Origin: Sphaerodactylus townsendi
Lineage: Eukaryota
Direction: 5' to 3'
Length of the DNA stretch: 64,000 nt
NCBI RefSeq assembly: GCF_021028975.2
Contig: NC_059436.1
Span: 35,898,001-35,962,000 of the forward strand
Part shown: positions 13,401-25,300 of the stretch, one piece after another
How positions within the stretch are numbered: position 1 is the stretch's first letter
How the letters are laid out: each line of letters opens with the position of its first letter
Position numbers and translations under genes: made by a program
The notes under the pieces: generated by a model
Databases searched by the model: none
Told to the model about the DNA's origin: nothing
What the model saw: only the letters and a program-made list of their open reading frames with translations

Positions 13401-16330
13401 TTCTTATGTTCCCATGCCTGCTAGAAAATGCCACCAAGCCTGGCATACTTCCTGACCAACTGAAGAACTCAACTCACCTTCGGCAGCTTTGCCCTCCTGG
13501 TAGACGGGCCTCAGGAGCTGAAAGACACAAAGCAAGAAAGGCACCACCTCAGCTCTCCGGTTCTCCAGACGTGCTGGTCTGTGACCTTAATAAACAATTC
13601 ATTGATTCAATTCTCCACATTAATTCAATATTGGAAGCAGAATTTAGCAACTAAATTTAGCAAATCATTTCCTAATTGAGGGACAGCCTCTTGAACAAAA
13701 TGTGGCCACCCTAAAAAAAATTGCTCCAGGAAGCCTGGGGACAGTCAGTATGCCTGGCGCTACCTCGGTAAATGTGCAAAGAACAAGGAGGTCCAACTGA
13801 TGGGAGTGACAGAGGCTCATTCTGGAGAAATAGCTCACCTAGTGGTAAAGTTCCCAGGCCATAGCTGAAGGATTCCGAGCCTGAACACTTTCCCATATCA
13901 AAGAAATCACTTTCCACAGAAATTTAGCATGTCAGGAACATAGCTAAGTCAAAACCCTGACACCTAATTTTCTATATGCAGGACATTTTATTTGGGAGCG
14001 AGTATTCCATCCTGTGAACCCTCATCTGCAGTTAGAGGTGGTTCACTCCAAGGACACTTCTATGATGTGCTGAAGCTCGTCTTTTCAACCTGGGCAAGGG
14101 AAAAGAGCCATGCCAACATTGAGAACTGGCTCTGCTCCAGACCACTTGGTGTGCCTTTTCAGAGAGGTGTCATGAAGCCCTTAGAAATACGTGAACAGGA
14201 AGGTCAGCCAGGGCTGAAAAGGCCCTTGGGCTACTGGAAGAGCAATGGGTGAGCATTGCAATGGGCCTGAGTATTGCCTGGAGGGCAGGGCTGGATTCTA
14301 TTCTGGGGTGCCCATACCTGGCTTCCTGGATTGAGGGGTGCCAGAATGATGTAGTTCTTGTCCCCACCAGTAGAAGGGGGCCGGGAAAGTGGGGGCATAG
14401 TTCGCTGGGTGGCTTTTCCAAGCTCTGTGTAGCGCTCCCAGCCGTTCAGCACCAGCCCCTCGTTCCCATCATATACGACGTGGCAGCTCTGGCGATGCTC
14501 AGGGAGACGCGGCCGCAGCAAGCTGTTCTTCTCCCGTTTGTTGGGTGGGGACTGCAAGTCATATGTTGATTTGCAAGAGGAGCGGCGGATGACGGCTTCT
14601 AGGCCAGGTTTAACTTGAGGGACAATGCGCCAGACCAGCAATATGATCTCCCGGGAACAGTTCCTGCAAACAAAGGTATGAGAGGGTGTGGGTCAGTACA
14701 GAAGAGAGCCTTGAGGGGTGCCAGAACCCCATCCAAAAACACACCAAGCTCTATGAGATGGCAACAAGCGAAGTTCAGTCACAACCACATGATTTCAGAG
14801 CCCACTGCCTCGTTATTGTCAGAGCCCAGTCCTGACCTGCAACTCTCTCAGCCCCATGCTCTCAAAGGTTCCCCTGCCTCCCTGTTTTAGACAGCCAGCC
14901 ACAGAGAACAGCTCAAGTGACAGCTGTTCATCATAACAGCTAATTAGAGGATATTATAAGCTTATACACCAGGAAAATTAAATGGAACTTCCATGTGCGG
15001 AGGAGATAAACTTAAGTACCAGATGCTAGAGTCAAACAAGTAAGGAATTACCGTATATACTCGTATATAAGTCGAATTTTTCAGCACATTTTTTGTGCTG
15101 AAAAAGCCCCCCTCGACTTATACACGAGTGCGGTGTATTTAAAAATAAATCTCATGGTTTTACTTTGTCGGCCTCCAGGGGGTGCAGTTTTTAGGTTAGC
15201 GGCACCAAAATTTCAGGGTATCCAGGTGACACATGATACCAGCCAGGTTTGGTGAAGGTTGGTTCAGGGGGTCCAAAATTATGGACCCCCAAAAGGGGTG
15301 CCCCATCCCCCATTGTTTCCAATGGGAGCTAATAGTAGATGGGGCTACATTTTGAGGGTCCATAACTTTGGACCCCATGAACCAAACTTCACTAAACCTG
15401 GGTGGTATCATCAGGATAATCTCTTGCTGATGTCAGCTAGGTTTGGTGATGTTTGGTTCAGGGGATCCAAAGTTATGGATCCCCAAAGTGGGCACTCCCA
15501 TCTTCCATTGTTTCCAATGGAAGCTAATAGTAGATGGGGCTACCCTTTTGAGGGTCCATAACTTTGGACCCCCTGAACCAAACTTCACCAAACCTGGCTG
15601 GTATCATCAGGAAGGTCTCCTAAAGATACTCTGAAATGTTGGTACTGCTAACATAAACATTCCTCCCCTGACAAGCACCCTCAAATTTTCCCCAGATTCT
15701 CCCCTTAAATCACCCCCCCCCTTTCTGAGTGGATTTAAAGGGAGAATCAGGGCTTACAGAACTAGTTTACTGTTTTTCTTTGAAATAAATATTCAAAAAC
15801 ATTTAACTTACTGATGCCTCAATTAATGTAATGTTATTGGTATCTATTTTTATTTTTGAAATTTACCAGTAGCTACTGCATTTTCCACCCTCGACTTATA
15901 CGCGAGAATAAGTTTTCCCAGTTTTTTGTGGTGCAATTAGGTGCTTCGACTTATATGTGGGTCGACTAATACACGAGTATATACGGTAAAATGAAACTTT
16001 GTTCAGAGGCAGTCTCTCTTAGTTCCAGGTGTAAGGACTAATAACTGAGAATGGCCATTGCCTGCACGCCCCAATAGGACTGTACTAAAATTGAATGGTT
16101 CAGGAAGGCTTCTTATAAAAGAGACAGGGTCCACAATCTATGTCATTATGTACGGTATGTATTATCTTGCTCATGACTGCATTATTTTTTGCTTTTGCAA
16201 TTCCATTTTCAGCATTGTTTGACATATCCTGACTGATTGTTTTTACATTGTTTCTAATGTTTGCAATCCTAGTCCTATTGCATTGCTTATTATCCTGAAA
16301 CATTGTCTCGTGATATTTGACTGTATTATT

Positions 16331-16373
<43 letters not shown>

Positions 16374-19300
16374 TTATTCTACTTTCATACCGCCCTCCCC
16401 CGAAGGGCTTCAGTAATCTGTCTTGAATGTCAGCAAGAAAGAGGAGCTATAAATAAAGCCAATAAAATCATGGGGTCCCAGAAACTCTTGGATGGCCACT
16501 GGTGGGAAGAGACAAGATCCTGTAAGGCAGTTCCTAAGACTCATACAGGAGCCTTGCATTCCCATCCCTCTCTCCCTATCCCCAATACACTCAGAGCTGA
16601 GCTGCACTACAGCCCCACCACCCACAACTCATGTGCCACAGGTCACCTGATCTCGTGTGCCAGCTCCACACATTTCCAGTGCTCAACCGGTTGCTCATTG
16701 AGTTGAAGGACAGTGTCTAGTTGTTGCAAGCCGGCCTTCTCTGCAGGGCCACCTGAAAGGGAGTGTGTGTTAGAGATTACCTACACAAAGAGCTTTTCTG
16801 AAAGTTTATCCACATACAATTTTGTAGATATTTATTTATTTATATAAATGGCCCAGCCTTTCCCCAACAAAGTGGGGAGGACGACAATAACAAGTTCCTG
16901 CCATGTTTTTACACGTGCCTGTTCAGGGGTTTGAGCCACTTACCTCAATTGTGGCTGCTCAAACTCATCCTGTCAGGGCTCAGTGGCACCCAAACACACC
17001 TGCCCCACCCAAGGCTTGGCTACTTGACTTCTGGTAGCAGGTCTGGCCTGTCTCACACAGGGCAAGGTCTGCTTCTTGCTTAGGTCTGGTGTGGGGCAGG
17101 AATGGGGGGGGGGGGTTTCTGGCAAGAGGTAGCAGTTATTCTGGCATTCCATCCTGAATTTCTGCCTAGGAAACCAGAATCACTAAAACTGCCCCCCCCC
17201 CTTCCCGAGAGGCTAAGACTCTCTATCAAAGATTTTCTATAATGTATGCTAAAATATCATTACAAGTGTATCGTCGAAGGCTTTCACGGCCGGATTCAAC
17301 TGGTTGTGGTGGGTTTTCCGGGCTGTGTGGCCGTGGCCTGGTGGATCTTGTTCCTAACGTTTCGCCTGCATCTGTGGCTGGCATCTTCAGAGGTGTATCA
17401 CAGAGGGACACAGTGTGCAACAGACTTCCCTCTGGGATACATCTCTGAAGATGCCAGCCACAGATGCAGGCGAAACGTTAGGAACAAGATCCACTAGACC
17501 ACGGCCACACAGCCCGGAAAACCCACCACAACCAGTATAACTACCAGGTTTTTCAAGGGGAAAGCCAGGATAGTTGTAGCAGAGATAATGCCCTTAAAAA
17601 CACTCTAAGTAGGAAGCATGTGGCAGGTGTCAATAGAAGATAAAAATAGGATATTAAAAAAAAAAGACTACCACTCCAAACCAAACCAATCACCCCACCA
17701 CTCGGACCCTCTGCCCCTGGTCTCACCAGAATCCACAGCCTGCACCCGGACAGGTGAGTCACAGCAGATGGTGAACCCAAAACCATTCTTTCCTCGTGGG
17801 ATCGTAATCTGAAAGCAAGCAACAAAATTACACACAAATAACAAAATTGCACATAATTACATCAGGGGCTTGAGATGACTGTGGAACAGGCCAGAGAGGG
17901 CCCACGTAAGCTCAGATCTTAGTACTGTAGCCAGTCGTGCTAGGGACCATTTTGATCTGTTTCTGTGGTCCAACTTCAGGAACTTTCCATTTGCCTAATG
18001 TAGAAAGTAAGTAGAAAGGTTAGAGCTCATATGCGGAAGACCATGTAGGCTACATCCATTGCCACAGAGATGACACCGTGCTACCTAAGCCACATCCAGG
18101 ACCACAGAGTGGATGCTAACACCACAGCAGCTATTATTGTCATATCCTCCCGCCAACTCAAGGGACTTTCCAGAAGTCACAACTTATAAGATCACTTGGT
18201 GTTTTCGGCCTTTAAAAGGATTTAGTACCCAGTGAAAATTTTCCAATTCCATCAACTGGCATAACAGGATGCCGTCTCCAAAGCTGGCCACTCACCCAGC
18301 TAAGTTTCATAGCTCAAAGTTGGCTTCTTTCAGACCTCAAGAACAAATCATGGCTCACGGGATCATGAAAAAGACTCAGGAAGGTTCCCCTCTCCCTTCA
18401 TTAGACAGAAAAAGACCTGATAATCCAAAGGAACAGGGGAAATGCTGTCTGACAGGCAGCCTCCCACAAGGACTCTCCCTGAAGTGACCCACAGGACATC
18501 ACAATTCACGGGGCCAAGATGCTCCGAATCACGTCTTGCCAAGTCCTGGTGATATCCAGGAATATCCGCCAAGCTTCCTGTTTGAGTAACAAAGGGGAAA
18601 GATCTTCCCTTCTGATTTCTGGGAAAAGGCCGCCAGAAGGAAGATCCCTATTGAGGCCTCCTGTGTGAGCCACCCAAGTCTGGTCACAAGAGACTGTAGC
18701 TCAAACAGATTTCTTTGACGCCTCTTTCTACCGTGGGCTGTAACAAAAAATAGTAAAGACAATGCCAGGAGACACAGCCCAAGCAGTCCTGAAGACTAGG
18801 AGACATGGAAGATAGCCCACGATGGCTTGCAGGAGTCACACTCGGGGTAAAGACAGAGGGCAGGGGAGGGAAATGGCGCACGGGGCAGCACCTACTCCAG
18901 GCGCCCACACACACACCCTCCGCCCCCACCCCCCTGCTCCCCACAGCACCTTCCTGTGCCCCACTTACTTTAGCTGCTGGGAGCATGCTGTGGGCCACCC
19001 TTCAGCCCCGCCCCACCAGGCTGCTCCTTCAGCCATTGGAGTCTCCGCCGGCTGAAGGAGCAGCCCAGTGGGGCGGGGTCGAGGGGTGCCCCGCAGTGGC
19101 CCAGTCAGGCTGCTCCTTCAACCGGTGGAGACTCCATCAACTGAAGGAGCAGCCTGGCAGAGCCAAGGGGAGGGGAGGGGTGTGGGTGGTGATTCTCCCC
19201 CCCCCCCACGTGACTAGCTGGCGTGCGCCCAGGGACATGTGCCCCACATGTCCCCATGAGTGCTCCGCCTCTAGGTAAAGAAAAAACAAACTTGCAGGGT

Positions 19301-22300
19301 TTTTTCAGTTTCACTTCATTTTCAATCACATACATACTCATTCACCTGCTAACATTTTTAAGTCAACATTTTTATGTCAACATTTTCACAACAGAAGTAA
19401 GAGAAAAACAGAAAGAGCTGGAAGTTTTAGTCAAAGGAATACTAGAGAAATGGCAGGCAGCTCTTCCTCCAGACAAGTCAGAGAAGCCTGAGATACACAG
19501 TCAAAAGGGTTGGGAGTTGCACAGAGCTGGCCACATTGAATCTAAGCTATAGGGCATGACAACGCACCTGCTTTCCTTCCTTCTCTCTCCTGGACAACTA
19601 GAGAAGCTGGGGTGCACCATGGGAAAGATCTTTGGATGGAATTAGACAAATTACTGGAGTGAGAACTTGTAAAGACCTATGGCCATATACAATAAAACTG
19701 ACTGACAAATTAATAGGGGATAAGTTTAACAATGCCCTCACCACTATAGCCACATCACAGCCTGACATTGTCAGATCTTAAGAAGCTAAGCAAGTATTTG
19801 GATGGGAAGGAAGACCATTGTGAGATGGAGGCAGGCAATGGAAAACCATATCTGAACATCTCTTTCCTTGAAAACCCTATGGGGTTGCAATAAGTCAGCT
19901 GTGATTTAAAGGCACAAACATTAAAAAGGTTTAACAATGGCTGTTAGTCATGGTACCTAGCAATGGAACTTCCACGTTTATAAGAAGTATATCTTCAATT
20001 ACCAGCCTCAAGATCAAACAAAACTATCTTGTCTTACTTAAGAGGACATGCCAGGAGACACAGCCCAAGCAGCCCTTGGCTTTGGTTCTGAACCTGGACT
20101 GCAGTTCTTATGAGACAAAAAGAAATGAATACGACAAAGCCACATGAAGTCACAACAAAACAAGAGCAACATGCAAAGGATAGTGCGGACAATTCCATGT
20201 GAATTCACATCTCAACTCAGCTATGATCTCCCCAGGTGACTTTAAGCAAGCTATTCTCTGAATATGGGGACAATCATAGACTACCTAGCAGGAATGATCT
20301 GACACTACAGAGATAATGTTAATTTCCAAAAGCAATATGTACACACTAAATATTAGAGTATTAATGCTGTCCTATCTCTCACACAGGCCTTTTACCACCA
20401 AACCCACACTGCAGCTTCAAATGTGGCAGGGGAGGCTTCAATCTAAACAGACAGGCTTCAAACTGGCTGGAAAACAGGTCACCCCAAGTGCCTCTGAAAG
20501 CCTATCTGCACCCTACATAGTTTCTTCATAGCCCTGCCAACCAGAGAATAGGCAGAGTACATAGCACTTTGCCCCCAAAGGAGAGCCCCACAACACATTC
20601 CTTCCTAGTTGCCATAGTTGGTCTCATACACCCACCCTGCAGCCCCAGAGAGTCACATGGCCTTTACCCCTCACATACACGCACACCTGCTTTGAGGATT
20701 CAGATGCACCAACCTGCTGGTAGCGCTGTTCAGAGCACACTCTGCACAGTCCATTGAACCGACTCATATCCAAAGCCTCGAGGCTCGTGTCCGGCCCATT
20801 AAAATCAAAGCATCCCCCTTCCTTGCCGGCAAGCCAGAGCGGGAGAGACCCCTTGTCTCCTTGCCGCCAGGCAGGTGAAAATAAGCCTTCGCCGTCCTGG
20901 CATGGCTGCCCATGGGAACCCGGCGGCTCTGCAGAAGAATGGCAGGAAGCCACCCCTAACCTCCCAGACCGCCTCTGCCATGTGTGGCTTTATGATAAGC
21001 AAAGAGGCTTCCTGAGAACTCCAAGGGATGAGGAAGAGAGAGAGAGAGAGTTCGGAGTCAAATTCCTGTCAGCTCTCTTGCTGAGGCGGCCTTTGTTCCC
21101 TGCCACATTGCTGCCCGTTCTCACAAACACTTGGAGGATGTTGAAGCAGCCTTTTGCTAGTGCTGCCACTTCATGACCAAAAGGGGGGGGTCCTCGCATT
21201 CGTATTCAGGGGGAAGGACTGCAAGCAGCCGAGGCAATAATGCTGTTCCACAGAAAACTCCCTTTCACAAGCCCTTTTTGCTAACAGAGACCCCCAAAGC
21301 AGTCAGGTCTCTCGACAGAGCTGGGGATTTGCAAATTCTCATCTTCAAACTCAGCAAAAGCCCTCTGGATCAAGTGCAAGGGATATCTGACAATGTGCCT
21401 TCACAGAACGTGGCCTTCTCTTTGCCAGCACAGTGACCGCTTGGACAGCAGAAGAGACCTGAGCATCCCCTGCAAAAATGGCAGGGGGAGAGTCACAGCG
21501 GCGGAGATGCCTCCTCTCGTCCTTTCATTTCAAAGGCGAGAAGCTGCCTTTAGGAGGTGCACAACAGGCAGAAAAGAACCCCCATGCTAAACCCTCCTTA
21601 GCACAGAGCATCAGGGATGGGGAGAACGCTTCCCCTTTGGATTTCTGCCTGATCTGCAAGCTGCTGAAAGACACAAGCATTCCTCTGCCATTCAAAAAAC
21701 ATAAGCAGCAGCAACTGCAGGGAAAGAGATTCTACAAAATGCTATTGGTTTAGAATTTAGAGCAGGGGCATAGAGGGGAAAGAAAAGGGTCTATTTTTCC
21801 TGCCTTTTCCAAACTGTAGACCAAACTGGATGTTTGGCAGCAGATGTGAGTCTAGGACTCTTGTCACTGACAAAGCAACAAGAAGAAATGCTCTGCATAG
21901 AAAAGCAGTAGAGAGAGGAAGGAAATGTCCCGTATACCACCACCCCGGCTACTTTTCATCCCAACACAGCACACAGATGTCTGCTAGAGAGGCAGAGGAA
22001 GAATTAAGTGGCTCCAACTGCCCACCAATTCTTCCCTACAACTTGCACCCTTTCCTTGCAGTTTTGCAGATATGTAGTGGCAATTTGGGTTTCCTCTGAA
22101 CATATTTAGTTGCTGTCCACCAGCAATTTTAACCTTGGGATCTCTGTTTAGATCTGATCTGATAGCTCAGATCTGATGTAAAAGATCCCAGGTTCAACCA
22201 ATATCTCCAGTTAAATGATCACAGACAGGAGGGGACAGGAAAGATCTGTTTCTACCTGCAACCTCGGAGAGCTCCTGCCAGTCAGAGTTGATGAATATTT

Positions 22301-25300
22301 GCTGGCTGTGTAACGGTCTGACTCAGTACGAGAAAGATCGACATGATGTCTGTTGTCCATTGTTGCAAGAATTCTAAATCTTAGAAACTGGACCACTGGC
22401 ATGTTAGATTCCAACACAAGTGACCCACAAGTGACCCTAACAGTTGCAAGTTTTATTTGTTTGTTTGTTTGTTTGTTTGTTTTATTTAATATACCACCCA
22501 TCCCCGAAGGGCTCTGCGCAGTGTACAACATAAAAACCGTATATAAAATCATCATAATCAAACTTCCATAAATATAATAAAAACAGCAGTTGTGTACTAA
22601 GATGGCATCCCACCTAAACCTAATCCTCCTAGAAGGAGGAGGGAGAGGTAGTGGGTCCTGATGGTATTAGGACCTATAGGTCTCAATAATGGGTCCCGAT
22701 GATATTGGGGACCCATGAACTGGGGGGCGGGGCACAACTCAGCGGCTGGTTTCTCCAAAAGCCCGGTGGAACAACTCAGTCTTACAGGCCCTGTGGAAAT
22801 CACCAAGGTCCCGCAGGGCCCGGACAGCTGGAGGGAGAGTGTTCCACCAGGCAGGGGCCAGAGCCGTAAAGGCCCTGGCCCGAGTGGAGGCCAGCCGCAT
22901 CATTGAGGGGCCAGGGATCTCCAGTAGGTTGGCCTCTGCCGAACGCAGAGGTCAAGCTGGGACATATGGGGTAATGTGGTCCCGGAGGTACAAAGGTCCC
23001 AGTCCGCGAAAGTTTGACACCTAAACTGTAGTTGTGTTGAGCCAGTCTGGCTAAAATGCTCACACCTACCTTGAGCTGTTCCGCATTCTCGTTCTGCTGG
23101 CTCCCCAGCAGTGGGGCTGGCTGGGTCAACATCAGCTCTGCAAAGCAGTAAGGAGGGGTGTATCAGTCACCCCCAGTGCCAAAACATCCCACTTCCCAGG
23201 CCAGCAGAACTTGAAACTTCGTATTACCAAAGAAGCACAAGGGATGCCCAAGAACTGGTCCATTTATGGAGGAGTCTGCATGCTTCAAAATAGGTGGTGG
23301 GGAAAAACCAGTGGCTTCATGCCTTGAATCCCCAGGGGCAGAGGATGCAAATATTCCAAGACTTTGCCTCCCCTGTCAGGTTGGCAAAGCCTTTTTTCAT
23401 CCCCTTGGGAACCATTTACTGCCCACTGACCCTGAGTCAAGAGGGAAAGCCAACTCAGAACAGTCCAATGGTTCCTCGCTGCACTGGGCATCTGTACAGG
23501 CAGCCCTCTGCAGTAGAAGTCCAGGGGGTGGGAGAAAGAGGACATTTCCTCACAGTGACTGGCCAGAGGGACCCACCTCCACTCTGCTTCAACCGTCGGG
23601 CTGCCACCTTCAGGTGTTTCGTCCTGCCCAGGTCTTCTCCCAGTAGGTAGTACCAGCCGCTGACCTCCTGGCCACAAAGAAAAGTAAAGAAGAAAGCTGC
23701 AGGAGATCTGAAACTTTTCAGGGATTATAAATACTCTTCCAATTTGCAGCCAAAGATTAATATCTCATCTCTGTGTTACTGTCTATAACAGGGGTCCCCC
23801 CCCCCCACAGTGGTGGGATTCTGCAGGTTCGCACCACTTTGGCAGAACCAGTTGTTAAAATGGTGCTTGTAAACAACCGGTTGTTAAATTATTTGAATCC
23901 CACCACTGCCCCCACCCTTATAGAACATGGTGCAGTGGTGGCAACTGCGACTGAAGCAATATTTCTTTTAAAATCTACACCACCAATAAAATCTACGGTA
24001 GTCAATCAGAACCAAAAACTCCACCTGGCCCCCTCACTTCCTAAAAACTCTTGGCAGGTGCTAGGATAGGTGTTGGCAGTGCCATGGCACCCACGTGCTC
24101 CATGGGGTGGGGGGCTGGTCTAAAAGCAAAAGGCTGCTCAGTGTGGGTGTAAAATAAGGGACTTGTCCATCACAAGGACCACAGCAGGTCGTGTTGGGGG
24201 CGTGGCCTGCCTCGGGATACACATGTTGCTCCTGTCTGTGATTTCACTGAGGAATAACCCACACAATATGGCAGAGGAGGTGGGAAGGTTTACTGCACAG
24301 CACTGCTCTCTCACCAAGGGGCAGGGCATTTCTCCTCCTCTCCGCCAGGAATGAAGAGCAACAGTTAACTTATGTGGGAGAAAAGAGAAGGACATTACGT
24401 CAACTGGGCATTCAACCTACTTCCCAACCCCGGTGATCGGTCATCATTAGACCACATTAGACCACATATATATATATACCCACGAACACAGAGGTACTGA
24501 GAGTCAGGTCTGTTGCAATTTGCAAACTCTCAACCCCTTCATTGGCATCGCCTAGAGTCTCTTTCTTGGCTGAAGTAGCATGGGGTGGGAAACTCCAAGC
24601 CTTGGTTCTCCACCTTTAAAATGAGAACGTTGGTGCCCTTCCTTACAGCCTTACTAGGAGGTGACAAAACTGATTTCAAGCCTTTGGCTAATAATGGCTA
24701 GGAGTTATTTTTTTAAAGTTACAGGTGTCAAGTTGTCACCAGCAGAGGGCAACAGTAGCCTGCTGACACTCTAGCCTGGATAAGCTTTGCAGTGGTTGCA
24801 GATCTTGGGCTAGTCACAGTCCTTCAGAGCATTCTCAGCCCCACCCACCTCACAGGCTTCTTGTTGTGAGGGGGGAAGGGAAAGGAGATTGTAAACCCCT
24901 TTGAGTCTCCTACAGGAGAGAAAGGGGGGGGGGGTATAAATCCAAAGTGCTCTAAATCTCTATCCCCGTTCTTTGCAGAAACAGGCCTTTTCCATTATTC
25001 CTCTGCAATAAATCAGGCCAGAGATTTCTTTTCAAAAAAATGAAAGCTGGGAGTTCAGAAAAACTGGAGCAGCAATGGTGTAGTGGTTTAGAGCAGGTAC
25101 ATTCTAATCTGGAGGAGCCGGGTTTGATTCCCCGCTCAGCCGCATGAGCTGTGGAGGCTTATCTGGGGAATTCAGATTAGCCTGTGCACTCCCACACACG
25201 CCAGCTGGGTGACCTTGGGCTAGTCACAGCTTTTTGGAGCTCTCTCAGCCCCACCCACCTCACAGGGTGTTTGTTGTGAGGGGGGAAGGGCAAGGAGATT

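Noticed and set aside
15235-15615. CRISPR-like array
   Set aside because: Eukaryotic DNA; these are transposon-internal palindromes without unique spacers or cas genes.
18805-19278. 157-aa GC-rich ORF or CpG-island promoter
   Set aside because: It lies almost entirely inside a hAT-type element bounded by an 8-bp TSD.
19745-19830. 5S rRNA gene
   Set aside because: Heavily diverged, internally deleted and fused to a SINE tail.
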